From contig OZ024741.1 of NCBI GenBank assembly GCA_964016885.1, positions 159,960,001 through 160,024,000 on the forward strand: a DNA stretch of 64,000 nucleotides, in the 5' to 3' direction. Source of the stretch: Eledone cirrhosa. Taxonomy: Eukaryota. Of this stretch, positions 45,214 through 59,840 are shown piece after piece. Numbering within the stretch: position 1 is the stretch's first letter; each line of letters opens with the position of its first letter. A program made the translations under genes and the position numbers. The notes beneath the pieces are model-generated. The model saw nothing but the letters and a program-made list of their open reading frames with translations. It was not told the origin of the DNA and searched no databases.

Positions 45214-45647
45214 TAACACACACAGACACACACACAAACAGTCATAGTTATATTGTTTTATGGATGTTATTAGTTCCCACCGACCATGTATGTTGTGAGA
45301 AATTATTGACAGATAACGAACGCTGAAGAAACAGGTGGGGGTTAACATACAACATATGGTCCTGGGGTCGTTTCTTTTGGCGGCGTGTGTGGGTGAGTGT
45401 GTACGTATTTGTTTGCAGGTGTGTGTGTTGATAGAGTGTGTGTGTGTATATGTGTTTATGGAGTGAAGTGTGGTGTGGAATTATAGCCAGAGATTAATTA
45501 GTGTTGGAATATTGAGAGGTTATAGAATAGTATCGCACCTCAAACGCTCGCTGCCGGATGCCATGGATGCATACAGAAAGCTATATGCAAACTGCACATG
45601 CACATGAATGTAAGTATCTACACTCTGCACAATTTTGTCATTTTAAC

Positions 45648-45828
45648 GGCAGTATCGGTAGAAGGTCGGATGCCATGTTTTCAACATAGAGTTACGCCCC
45701 TTTATGGTCTGAGTTCAAATCCCGCCGAGGTTAACTTTGCCTTTCATCCTTAAGGGTCGATAAAATAAAGCACCCGTAATGAACCGGGATAATTGCTGGC
45801 CTTGTGCCAAAAGTAGAAACAATTATTT
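45648..45828 (+). mobile_element. SINE
   Basis: Full match to the family: GGCAGTATCGGTAGA...GTAGAAACAATTATT. Confidence 0.85.
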
Positions 45829-46019
45829 TTAACGTGAAAATATGAAGTCGGACGCTTTTCCACAGACCTCGTATATCATTGTAATAAGGACATAAACACG
45901 TGGCACCCACTTTGTAATAGTCGATCATCTAAGTCAGGGTTTCCCAAATTGGGCGATATCGCCCACATTTCAACTGTTGGGTGGGCGATGAGCGACTGAA
46001 CAGAAAATGATAGTTGATA

Positions 46020-46480
46020 TAGGATTTTGCTGCTAAGACTGAGATACTCGTCCTCTTAAGGAAGGCTGCACAGTGCAACCTACATGTGAAAGGAGTTACA
46101 CTGAAGCAGGTGAAGAAATTCAAGTATATTGGAGCCATGTTCATGAGTGATGGGTGATAGGAGACAGAATTAAGTACAAGAATTGCAGGAGCTAGTGCAT
46201 TAATGCGCCAGCTTCAGCATTCCATAATCGCCTTTCTGACATCATAAGGCGTGGGAGGTTAACATTGGCCGGACATGTGAAACGTCACGATGGACCTGCT
46301 AGTAGAGTTCTTTTTTGGAAACATGATACGTGCAGACGAGTTGGGAGACCAACCACTACGCTGATGGAATTCTTGAAGCTGACAACGGGTTGGCGGCAGG
46401 GGAAATTCAGACAGCAATGCTAGATAGGGTGAGGTGGAGGAGGAACTCCACCATGGCGCAGGAAACGGATGTGTAGAAGA
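46020..46480 (+). mobile_element. Decayed RTE fragments
   Basis: KTEILV...LKQVKKFKYIG...EL..RIA.AS, then R.RL.LAGH. Confidence 0.6.
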
Positions 46481-46481
46481 A

Positions 46482-46538
<57 letters not shown>

Positions 46539-46549
46539 TATGTATATGT

Positions 46550-47108
46550 GCATGCTACTGTACGTCTGTATACATATATGTATGTACGTATACATACATA
46601 CTTACATTTAAGTAAGTGCCGTACTAAGAGTGAGAAATGAAATTTCGTTTTCATTTTATTACAACTCATCGTTTTCGGTGCGCCTGACCGATTTAACTCA
46701 CTCGATATGCAAATTAGGCTGCTCAGCCGTTAATTTTCATAAGGAGAGTATATACTTTCGAACGTTCAACTATCTGGCAGATGGGTATACGGTGCTGATG
46801 ATAGCTAACAAGCTTGAAACCAGTACATCGTTCCTGTGTCAGTGTTGAACAAAAAGGTGACGTGGTTGCCTTAACACCGTACGGCATAAATTCAGGCTGT
46901 TCAGTTTGTTTACAAACGAACAAAGCGGGCGCTATAATAAGTGTCCGCTAAACTGATACGTACATATATGTATGTGTACCTGTATGTATATATGCATGCT
47001 ACTGTACGTCTGTATACATATATGTATGTACGTATACATACATACTTACATTTAAGTAAGTGCCGTACTAAGAGTGAGAAATGAAATTTCGTTTTCATTT
47101 TATTACAA

Positions 47109-47110
<2 letters not shown>
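46550..47110. repeat. 117-bp direct repeat (46550-46666 and 46994-47110), period 444 bp
   Basis: Identical by eye: GCATGCTACTGTACG...TTTTATTACAACT. Confidence 0.85.
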
Positions 47111-47145
<35 letters not shown>

Positions 47146-47281
47146 CGAAGGAAATGTGGTAAGGAACCAGGTGGACCATAACGCACCAAAGTACTCAATA
47201 CTTAGGGTAGTAGAGTGAGTAATAGGAACGAGTAGGACCCCGACGGCTGAGCTCAAGCCGTTTCGACGGCTAAATCTGGAC

Positions 47282-47340
<59 letters not shown>

Positions 47341-47679
47341 TAAAACATGTCTAAAGAATCACCAGATAAAATATATACCATTTCCTCTCCCAATTAGCAT
47401 AATTAACCATATAAAAAATCGATTAGACCAAGCTATAAGAATAAAGGCTTCTATGAAGAAATCTCCGACAAATAACCGAAATCAGCCCTTCGCGCCGGCT
47501 GCGACGGAATATTTATCGAATATTTCGACAGCGTGTATGAATCGTCCAGATATACAGTCAATTAAACAGAATTAGGTATTATGATATATAGCTCTGATTA
47601 TTTAAATTATTAACTTTTCATTGAGCCACAAAGTGACCTGTTGCAAAACACGTATATATATATATATATGTGTGTAAAC

Positions 47680-47806
<127 letters not shown>

Positions 47807-47835
47807 TTCTTCTACACATCAGAGCACTGATACTA

Positions 47836-47877
<42 letters not shown>

Positions 47878-49834
47878 TACAAAGAAATACACAGACACAT
47901 GCGAATACATACATATACATGCATATACCCACATATATCCCTGAATTTGTGTGGCTTAGCTCTGTGGCTATCCCTGAATTTGTGTGGCTTAGCTCTGTTT
48001 CTTGACCGCTGTATCACGTGATAAGTTCCCCCTCCGCATTTCGGGATTCTATCTCGCGTCCTACGGACGTGTTTTGAAACTCTAAATGAGGTATCCTCTT
48101 GATAAGTCGGCAAACCTCACAAAAATACCGCATCTCTATGATGTAATGTTTTTGCATAAGAGCCACGAAACTAGGTAGTCGAGGATCATGAAGGAATTTC
48201 GGTATATTATATCTTTTTATTTATATCTAATGTTTCTTCTTTCATTATAATGTATTATATATATATATATATCTGTTAGAACACGAAAAGTGTGAAACAA
48301 CAGAATGTTCACTTTTCGTGTTCTAACATATATGCCTAACTTCTTCATAAATTTTCCGGGGATAGCCGTGGTGGTGGTGATCGTATGTCATTGGCTAATT
48401 TTCAACCAATCAGAGTAAGTGTTGATATATATATATATATATATACTATTCCCCCTCTCTATATATATATATCTTACGCTTTCGCTTTACACTCCTCCCC
48501 TTCAATAACACATTTCCCCCTCTCTATATATCTCTTATACTGTTACACTTATATTTCCATTTATTTATTACCCCCTCTCTCTATATCCCTTCCACTGTTA
48601 CTTACGCCTGTTTCTCTCTATCTGTTCCGTCTCTATATATATCTCTCTTACTCTTTCGCTTTGCACTCCTCCCCTTCAATACCAACTCTCCCCCTCTCTA
48701 TATATTTGTTACTCTATCGCTGCACGCTCCTCTCCTTCAATATATCAATTACACACGCTTTACACTCCTTTATCCCCAGCGCCCCTATATATACACCCCC
48801 ACCCCCCCGCATCTATATTTTAATGTTCCGTTGCACCGTGAATATATGTGTCTATATATATATACATATATATTGTATATACACATTCATGTATGTGTAT
48901 ACACACTCATGTATGTATATACACTGGTTTTATGTGTGTATTGTATATTTGTACTGTTAAAACACGAAACTAACATTCGATTGACACTTTGATTACCTGT
49001 ACAGGCAATAGTTATTAGAATGCTGTTGAAGTGTGTATATATTGTTGGGGGACATCCTGTATATACACACATTATATATAATACAATAAACAGATAAATA
49101 CACACATATATATATGAGCTTATTTAATTATAAATATTGTGAATTTTTAACTCAGTTCAATTATATATATAAATGGCTTCTACAGGACTAGAACTGTTTC
49201 ATTCGAAAGAAATCATCATAATATTGAGATGGGGGACTAGATAAAATATTTCAAATCAAATGTGTATAAGTTATAAGTTAAAATGTATAAATAGAGACGA
49301 TAGTGGAGGTATATCTGTTTAGTGGAACAGTAGACGATAGAATTAAATACAGACGATAATCTCCCTTTAATGAAACAGCAGACGATAGAATTAAGGCAAT
49401 TTAAATTTTAAGCATTTGCATTTTTGCCTTTCATCGTTACGGGGTCGATAAAATAAGGTACCAGTAATACACTGTCACTAGACGACTTTCAAATTGAATT
49501 GTTGGTTCCATTTCTTTAGTATTTTCAATTGTAGTTATCTACTTAAAAAGCGTTACACGGTTAGAGACATAATTCGTAAGTTATATCTTCCCTATTAAAC
49601 CATTGCATTATTTCGCCTACAATAGAACAAAAATGAAATGTTCTTTAAAGAAACAGGAATATAACTTTATAAAAAAAAAAGTTGCATCCGCTTCTTTTAT
49701 CATTGATAATTTTTTCGTTTTAATATTAATTGTTTTTTGTAGTTGTTTATATTAAAAATCTTACTGTAATATTTACTTAAACGAAGGCAGACATCTAAAC
49801 TTATAGATTAATCTTGAGCGAAGGACTAGATAAA

Positions 49835-50165
<331 letters not shown>

Positions 50166-50343
50166 TGAATTTCTCCTAAGTATTCAATACTCTGTTGAGA
50201 AATACATTTTACATAAACAGTCTTTGTACCATTTATACGGTATTAATTACTTATATTTATATATATATATATATATATAGCGCATGAACCGCCAAGTAGC
50301 GAGGTATCACTGTATATATGTTTAAATATATAGTGTAGCTGTG

Positions 50344-53300
50344 ATGTATCTCGCGAGTGAATCGAGACCTGTCACTGATTTTGGTGTCCCCACTGCCGAT
50401 GTGAATGAGCAACGCTGCACTTGTGAATTGGGTCTTGATGTTGCAGGCAGTTCATATACTTACAATGATGCGGTCCCACAAGCTTGTTCACATTCCTGTG
50501 CTAATAATCTAGATGGGCGTATTAAATTGGATGTGAAAGCAGCTTACCGGATGCGGAATCGGGAGAAGTTGAGACAAAAACAGGCCGATTATAGAGCTGT
50601 GAATTTTGCTAAATTAACACAAAAACAGGCCAAGTATAGATGTTCAAAACGGTATGAGTTGGCAAACAAGCAGGCCAAGTATAGATCTGCAAATTCAGCT
50701 ATTATATCTCAAAAGCAAGCCGAGCGTAGAGCTTCTAAACGTACCGAGTTGGCTAAAGAGCAGACCAAGTACAGATCTGCAAATCAAGACAAAGTATTAC
50801 AAACAAAGGCTATGTATAAAATTCACCATAAAGATAATATACAGTCTTATGAGAAAACATATTATAAAAAAAAGTTTCTTCATAAGCGGTCTTTGTATCA
50901 AATGAAGAAACTAAATAAAATGGTTGACTTCCGGATGCAGCATCAGATCTTGATGTCCCAATTTGTTAAGTCATATAAAAAGACAATAACAGATACCAAT
51001 CTTCGCAACGACGCATATAGTCACGTGCTGAGTGTGTTCTCCAGATCTGTTGGGATGCGAAATTTTGTGTGTGCTCAATTAAAAATAAATGTTAAAGCTG
51101 TGCATACATTGATGGAAAAGGTCAATGCTAACGGTTTGTTGCATTATTGGGGAAATCAACATTATCACAGTTCCACCAATGAGCTTCCTAATTTTGACAA
51201 GAGCACTGCAAAGTACATGAAAATGGATGAGTTTAAAAATCAGTCCGTTGAGAAAGTCCGAATAGTCGTTATCAATAATGAGGAGACAGACAACATTGTG
51301 AATGACATGGCTAATGCTGACGAGCAGAATGATGATAATGATGTGTCTAAATGTTTGGTTAGACCTTGCGGGTCTTCCATATTAGATACATGTCCAAATG
51401 ACTCAGCTGCTCGTCTAACTTTGTGCCAAAGAATTGATGATAAACTTCCAAAACTCAATCCCGATATGACAGTTGCTGAAATAAGGCAGTTGATCGAGAA
51501 ATATGAGTTTTGCAATGTTACTCATGATAATGATCAGCACTGCATCGGTCAAACTGGCTGCACCAGTGAATTTGGCATTTTAAAATCCATAGCAGTTCAC
51601 TCGCCAAAGTTGCGCACATTGCTGAGGAAAATTTATAAAGTTCGGTCCTTATGTATTTGGCTCAACAAGTACAATGAAGCTGTTTTCAATGGCGATTGGA
51701 CCAACTTTGAGAATTTGACAGACGTTGCCAACATTGAGCGTGCTATTGCAGTTAAATTCAATAATATGTGCACTGGTTTCAATGATGTCGAACACACTGA
51801 TGCAGATGTCATTCATAAATATGGTAATCAAGTTCAAAGATTTCAATCTGAAATTACCAACTATAAAATCCAACATTGTCATATCTGCAAACTGCGCAAA
51901 TATAGCAAGGAACTAAAAGTTTGGGATAATTGGAACTCTAGATATTTTAAAACGGCCGTTGCAAAGGATGCAATAACTGCAAACTACTCTTTGCCTTGCA
52001 CAGTCTGCACAACATGCACTACACATTTGCGCAACAGTGGGGTGCCTTCAATGGCCTCAATAAATGGCTTGGGCGTTGCTGCCGTTCCCAAAGAACTTGC
52101 TGATCTTAATACATATGAGCGAATACTTGTACAACGGGCCAAATGTTTCGTCAATGTAATAAAACTGGTGCCATACTCATTCAAAGACAATATTTCAGCA
52201 TGCATTTCCGCTATTAAAGGAATTGCAATTCACTTGCCTTTGCCTATGGACGGAACTATTAACCGCACCATGGATACGTTACCTGCGCTTCAAGACGACA
52301 TGCTTAAAATAGTCGTTGATAGCTTGCCTTCGCGGAAACAAATTATCTGGCGTTCAATGGTAGACATGAGTAAAGTATTGAAGGCACTTGATTGGCTTGC
52401 AGCAAACAATGTAATGTATGCCGATGTTAAGATCAATCGCTACGCCGATACGGAAAATGAAAACATTGTCGAGTGCTCGGGAGTTAATAATGCCAAATTC
52501 GATAATCTTTTACTTAAATCGAATGCTGGCATTACCTATGAGCATCACACTGTTAAAGACATGAATCCGTGTCTCCCTGCAGACACTGACTTGGCCTTGT
52601 ACAAAATGAAAAGAGTGGAAGGCGATTTCATTGCAGACAATGATAAAAAACTTGAGTTGTTGTGCTTTCCTTGTCTTTATCCAACTGGTCAGTTTGGCAT
52701 TTTCGTGGACAATAGACCGTTTGGCGCTGTAAAGCCATACATGTTCATAAGAAACAGACTGAATCATAGCGACTCTAGATTTCGGCGAGATATACAATAT
52801 CTCATGTTTTGTCTTGATAAAGCCGACAAGAGAGGCATTGATTCTGGTATATATGCCATCATGAAGACCACCAAAAACAGCCGCATGACTATAAGCGAGT
52901 TTAGAAGGCGGCTTCATGAAAATGACAGGCACCTAGAGGGCAATTTAAATATGATGATGGCCAATGTCCGTGGTTCCAAGCAGTTTTGGTCTAGAACATG
53001 TTCAGACTTGATGGCTATGGACGAGAAATTTGGCCCGGCCCACTTGTTCTTAACTTTGTCTTGTGCAGAGTACTTTTGGCCTGATCTGAGAGAGTTCCTG
53101 GAAAAGTTGAATGCTGACATACCAGACATTTCTAGAAAACGCACCAATGAGTTGTGCGCGGATGACGTGGTGGCTGTTAGCGAACATTTTCACCATCGGT
53201 TCACCACCTTTATGAAAGAAGTTGTTAAACATACCAATTCTCCGTTTGGTATTGTCGAGCACTTTTTTTGGAGGTTGGAATACCAAATGAGAGGTGCTCC

Positions 53301-56300
53301 GCATGTTCACATGAAATTATGGATTAAAGATGGCCCTATTATGGACAGAGACGACAAGTATGCTATTCAGACGTTTATACAGTCCATGATCACATGTCGC
53401 ATGCCGTCCAATGTAGAAAGCCCCGTTTTGTCAGACTTGGTGTTGCGTTTTCAAAGACATGTCTGTAGTGGATCCTGCAAAAGGCAAATATTTTCGAGTG
53501 GTCGTTTTTACACTCGATGCAGGTTTGGATTTCCTCGTCCTATCGGGAATTTCAATTTGCTTAGCGTCAACGAGTGTATAAAATCTCGACACAAAGGTAG
53601 AGCTGTCAAAAAGTTGTACAAGCTTGACAGACGACAAGGGGAAGAGTGCATCAATGACTACAATCCTGTTGTTCTGTATGTCTGGAAAGCTAATGTCGAT
53701 ATCCAATACATCGGTGAAGATAGCATGATTCTAAACCGATATGTTACTAGTTATCAGACAAAGTCCGAAAAGACTGAAACTGAAGGTATTTGGGCTGAGA
53801 TTGACAAGTCCAAGTCCATTTACTCCAGATACAAGAGTGTCGGACTTAAGCTGATGGGCAAGCGTGATACAGGTGCCTATGAGGCTGCAGAAAAATTGCT
53901 TGGCCACCATTTTTATGGATGCTCTGAAAGCCTCATTTGGATTGGAGCCGATTTGCCTAGTTACCGATCCCACAGGTTCAGGCCTCAGTATGAACTGGAT
54001 AAATTGAAACCGTATTCTACCGATCTTTATTACGAGAATATGGTCGAAAATTGGTATCCAAACAGGCCTGATTCGATGGAGCACATGTGTTTGTATGAAC
54101 TTGCGAGTAAATACGAACATGTGAATCCAATTGGTAACAGCAATTTTGATGACGACTTCAGGTTGAGAAATAATCTTGGCTATTTCAAATCTGTGAAAGA
54201 GCGGATTGTGAAGTCGCCAAACATTAGATTGACTGCAGATACCTGTGAGCGCTATCACCACAACCTGCTTATGATCTTTAAACCTTGGCGAGACGAGGAA
54301 AAAGACTTGCTGGGAGGTTGTGAGACTTATAAAGAGTCTTTTGAACAGTGCTCAAACCATTTATCTGAAATGGTCAGGTTCCAGAATGTGCGCAAACGTT
54401 TGGAGAATGCGCTGGAACAAGCCAAACATATTCAAAACGAACCTCAGTCTCATGATAATGATGACCATTCTTGCGGTGATCACATGGAGGCGTTGGCAGT
54501 TGATGATGCTAATGTCGATTTGCCTTGCATGAGAGATGTCAATGAGGATGCACTGAGGCATAAAGAAAATAAACTGAATGAAGTGCAAAGAAAAATTTAT
54601 GACGATATCGTTGCCGGTATTGACAAACAAGACAAACATTGGGACAACAGCAAACCTTATCCGAGATGTAGTTGCGATGATTGTCCACAAGTCTTGAAAT
54701 TTGTTTCAGGTGTTGGTGGCACGGGCAAGAGTTTTTTTATAAATGTACTGGCTGATAAAATTCAGTACATGTATCCAAATGACAATGGCCCGAGCGTAGT
54801 GATATCGGCACCCACAGGAATGGCTGCTTTCCAACTCAACGGCATGACTGTTCATCGAATGCTAAAGCTCAAAGTGCAGCACGGTAAAACTCCCGTGTAC
54901 GATGATCTACCAAAAGACTTTTTGAAAATGCTGAGGATGGGGCTTCAATATGTCCAACTGATCATAATCGATGAGATTAGCATGGTCAGTCATTTGCAGT
55001 TGGCATTCATTCACTTGAGATTGTGCCAATTGTTTTGTGACTTTGCCCAAGGCATTTCTCCTTTCGGGCGAATGAACATTGTAGTGTTTTTGGAGATTTG
55101 CTTCAATTACCGCCTGTTAGAGAAAAGCCGGTGTTTAACAAAGTTACTCACCAAGATGCACAACATGCGTAGGCGTCAGCAGCCACCATTTGTGGAGGTA
55201 CTTCAAGTACGACGAGTTGACAGTCAACATGCGTCAGAAAGAAGACTTGGATAATTATGTTGACATGCTCGGCCGAATAAGGCTGGGTTCACCACTTGAT
55301 TCAGATATTGAAATTCTAAATAAGCATAGAATTGATCTCAACGGCAAAGCTTCCATTGATCAGGTTGCTTACAAAATGTGTGAGCTGATACAGACTTCTA
55401 ATTTGAGTATCGTCTGTATCATGCCTCTAAACGAGTCAGTAGAAAAGTTTAACGCTGCAATGCTCAATAAACTTGGCATTAATACCGTTGAACTTATGGC
55501 TATTGATTCGAATATGAGGCAAACCAAATGTCAAAAGAAAACAAAAAGAAAAAAGCTGACCACTAAAAAGACTTCTGATACTGCTGGCCTTGAAACTGTT
55601 CTTAAAGTTGGCGTTAATGCTCGAGTTATGCTTAAACGCAACATCGATCTTGAGAAAGGCTTGTGCAATGGTGCAATGGGAACTGTAAAGCAACTCAATT
55701 ATGAGTTTGGAAAAATTACTTCCATTGACGTTCTCTTTGAGAGTACAAACCAAATTGTTGCCATCAAACGTGTCAAAGCCGATTACGAATTGTCTCCTAG
55801 TGTTTTTATCACTAGAGAACAATATCCCTTGTGCATTGCATATGCAATTTCCATCCACAAATCACAGGGAATAAGTGTCGATGGAGTCGTTGTTGATTTG
55901 GGCACTGGCGTTTTTGCAGACGGTATGGCCTATGTAGCCTTGTCTAGAGCCCGCAAACTGTGCAATGTTTACTTGATTGATCTTGATCCAACGAGTTTGA
56001 TCATGTGCGACTCTAGTGCTTGGAGAGAATACAATTATTTGAGAGAGACCATTAATATGGGACCGCTTCCATTGTGTAACGTGAGGCCCAACAGTATTGG
56101 ACAGGCCAAAAAAGCAACTAAAAAAAGTAAATTTGCTATTAATATTGACAGTGGAATGGTCAACTTGGCGAATCCAAAAAAGGCCAGAACTGAGAAAACG
56201 GTTGCAAAGCCGTACATTTCGCTGATCAATGAGAGAAATGCTTTCTTTGTAAACAGCACCATGCAAGTTATACGCCAGCTGGTGTTGTTGGTTGAACACA

Positions 56301-57061
56301 TTCAGTCCACTGATGATGTTGCTATTCGTGAAATTAGCGATATTATATCGTCATCTGGAACTAAATCGGTCGCAAATTTGAGAAATATCCTCGGCTGCAG
56401 GTTTAATGATGGTACCCAACAGTGTGCGCACGATTTTTGGAAGCACATTTATCAGTTGTTCTCTAAAAAAATTAAACAACTATTCACCTTTGAGGAAAAT
56501 ACTTGGCTCAGCTGCACTAGAAAACACGAGCACAATTGCCCCAGATTGCACAATGATGAATGTTATTGTGCATCGATCAACGGCTGTGGCACTTGCACAC
56601 ATATAACTGATGTCAAGTCTGATCTGACGTTGCAGCCTGTTAATGGTCGGCAGCAATTCAAAAGCTTGCTCAAAACTGATGTTTCGCTCATTAAGAGATG
56701 CGATCTGTGTGGCATTGACACCGAGCACTTTGGTACAGTTAACCATGTATTTCCAAACACAATGCGTTACTTGGTTGTTTATTTGAATAGATTCGAATAT
56801 ACAAACAATCAGATGATCAGAATTGATTCTGAGTTGATGAATTTCTCTCCGAACAAGCAGAGCATTTACGGCCAAAAATTCCGACTAATCGGCTCCGTCT
56901 TGCATTCACTGGCTAGTGCAGACTCCGGGCACTACACCAGCATCGTCCGCAATCAGGACAGATGGGACATTATTAACGATGCCGTCTTTTCCAAGCAGTA
57001 TATAGGTTTCCCGTCGAAACTGCTTAACAACTACCTGTTGTTTTTAGAAAAGTTGAATTGA
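50344..57061 (+). CDS. Helitron2/Helentron-type Rep-Pif1 helicase with C-terminal USP (peptidase C19)-like domain; two -1 frameshifts (~55090, ~55170)
   Basis: Zn motif CHIC..CTVCTTC; DUF6570-like NGL...VPKELADL...E..LV; Rep motifs TLSCAE, EYQMRGAPHVH, YVTSYQTK; helicase GVGGTGKS, APTGMAA, IIDEISMV, (F)GDLLQLPPV across the frameshift, LTVNMRQ, VMLKRNID..KGLCNG, AISIHKSQG, YVALSR; USP boxes from ~56200. Confidence 0.88.
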
Positions 57062-58544
57062 ACTTTCACCGCCAATGTACAGCAGCAAGCATTTTTTGAA
57101 AAATTTGCTTGATCCTAAGAAAAAGTAACAGTGGTTGAGAGATGTCTTGTTATCTCTAGCTATTGCTTTGTTTCTATTTCTTTAGGGCATTTCTGAATTT
57201 ATTGGAATATGAATCCAGTCCCACCATTGAGATATATTATCTTCATGGTGAATGTCTGCTGTTTTTTTTACCCTCGGGAAATTGTGAAATTGGTTTGCAG
57301 CTACTATGGCCTTTTGAGATATAATATTGAAAACACATGTCACTCAACCATATTCTTGTGACCATTTTGTCACTGAACTATACTCTCCGTATGATATCAA
57401 TTTTTATGTATTATAATTTTATCAATATTTTATCTTAAATTAAGCATATTTTTATCTATTATTATCTAATTTTATAAATCTTTTATTTTTTATCCATTAT
57501 ATCAACTACTTTCAATGTTGTATTATATTTTAAATTCTAATGTATTAATTTTTGTACCAGAAACTCTCTAGCGCTTTAGCATTTAAAGAGACCATATCCG
57601 ACAATAATTCTCTCGCCTCTTTCTATTCAAACTGGCCATAATTAGCCACTCATACTGATAGTAAGGTATTTTTCTCAAAATAAATAACATAAAACTCTCG
57701 TAGATTCAATATTATATGAGATAATTATATAAGGTAAAGCATTTTATGTGAAAATACATACACTATTTTTGTGCCTTTTTTAGCAACACAAAAATCCTCT
57801 GATACTTTGGATTAATATGGCTGACTAAAATTATATATCTGCACATTGTGTGGTGTCAACTATATTTTGTTTTGTATTTTATGCTTTCTTTAAAAATTTT
57901 TTTTTTAGTCTTATATTTTAAAAATATTTTAAAATAAATTATAAACGTTTTTTATTTACATATCTTTATAATGCACCTTCCAATATTGATTGTAACGTTT
58001 ATTTACTTTTATATGAATGATATAGTTAATAGTTGTCCATTTGCCAATATGCTTTTGTAAAAGTAATTATTAACTATTATATATTAAATTACAAGATTTA
58101 TTTATATAACATGCTTATAATATTGGTTGTATCATATTTACTTGTATATTTGTCTATATTGTTTGTTTTGTGTTAAATTATTTTATTATTATTATGTTGG
58201 ATTATTTTTTTTTATTATTATGTTAAACTATTTGTATGTAATATTTAATTTTTTTATTAATTCAACTATAATAATCGACATATGAAATTTAAATCAACAA
58301 TAGGAGAAAAAAAAATATCTTATTGCACAAACAATAATTCTGCACAAATGTTGCTCCATTATTAGATCTAATGTTGCAACGATACAGTTAAATGTTGTCT
58401 GTGTATTTTAAAAAAGATTTGCTTATAATCTTTTCAAATTTCATTACGCCAATGATTCAAGCTCAAATTGACATTATCTAAAAAATTGTACAAACAGCGG
58501 TGGATTAGCAGTAGTGAACAGATAAATCAGTCAATTTATTAAGA

Positions 58545-59200
58545 TTGACTTGGCATCAATCAGCAAGACCTTCATTAGCTGCTCTCCAGCCATCTATTTA
58601 AAGCTGTATACATCTATGGTACGAATACACTTGGAGTTCGCGTCATCAGTCTGGAACCCCTATCTTGCTCAGAACATTGACCTCCTGGAAACTGTTCAGA
58701 GACATGCAACCAAGCGCATACCCTCCATCAGACACCTACCATACCCTGAATATTTTGCTTCCCTCTGGCAATGGACTTGGTAAACACCCACAAAGTTATT
58801 AACCATCCGACCAACAACAACCCCGAACACCTTTTTGATCTCCATGTGTCTAACACGTGGACATGCCTACAAAGTCAGAAAACAACACAGCTCCCATGAC
58901 TTTAGGAAATATTTCTTCATGCTCAGAGTTGCTGAAGGATGGAACAAACTTCCTGCATCAGTTGTTAGCTGATGACACACTGCATCCTTTAAAACCATCA
59001 TACATTCCGAAATACACCAAAACTACACCTGATGTCCCCCTTCCATACACATGCACATATGTGTATATCATGACTCATGCACTGTTCTTTTTTCCTGACG
59101 TTTTTATATTACCCTATGTATTATATATGCACTTTTGATGAGTTGTAGTGCACCTCAGCATTGTACACAATATTTTCATTATTATTATCATTATTATTAT
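58545..59200 (+). mobile_element. CR1/L2-like LINE 3' fragment
   Basis: LYTSMVRIHLEFASSVWNPYL.QNIDLLETVQRHATKRIP. (ATT)n tail near 59178-59200. Confidence 0.8.
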
Positions 59201-59669
59201 TACACTCATTGATCCATTTTGCACTAACTCTGCATCAAGCACCCTCACCTAAATATTAACCAATCAAGGATCCAATGCAGCTATCTGTTGGATGAGTATT
59301 GTATAGTGCCAAAAACGAAACCAATCAGTTTAGCAGAAAGTTTCCAGACAAGAAACACGCATATTTTGCTATCCTCAAACACGTTTACACATGGCATGAA
59401 ATATAACTAATCCGAGATGGATAGGTTTCATCTTCTAACTGGATATACGAAATCCATTATGTCTTGACAACAACATGAGGTAACATTATGTTATTCACAG
59501 ACACACTTTGTACACTGTTCCATATCAGAATGTATTTCCTTCGTCACATTCACAAACAGTATTGAAAATATGTTCTTCGGCAAATAAAAATGTTTTGTTC
59601 ATAATATTTCAACTAGCGATTGCTCTACTCCACGCACGACCACCATAAATTAATGACCAGCTCAACACA

Positions 59670-59840
59670 AGTATTGGTAGAGCGTCAGACACCATGCTTT
59701 GCAGTATTGTTATGGTCCTTTGCATTCTAAGTTCAAATCCTGCCGAGGTTAACTTCGACTTTCATACTTAATAATTCGATAAAATAAAGTACCAGTAATG
59801 GACTGCCGTAATGGATTTGTGCCGAAAAATAGAAACACTA
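59670..59840 (+). mobile_element. SINE (diverged)
   Basis: GTTCAAATCCTGCCGAGGTTAAC...GATAAAATAAAGTACCAGTAATG. Confidence 0.75.

Noticed and set aside
50285-50315. CGAGGTATCACTGTA just upstream of the large ORF as a terminus of that element
   Set aside because: It resembles a lone pogo/Tigger TIR end, and no partner TIR was found downstream.
55085-55175. Programmed ribosomal frameshift joining the two ORFs
   Set aside because: Two separate single-base losses are needed within the helicase core, so mutation or sequencing error is simpler.
50344-57061. Host PIF1 or USP gene, or an endogenous virus
   Set aside because: The HUH Rep motifs fused to Pif1 are diagnostic of Helitron-like elements. 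No capsid or polymerase genes are nearby.
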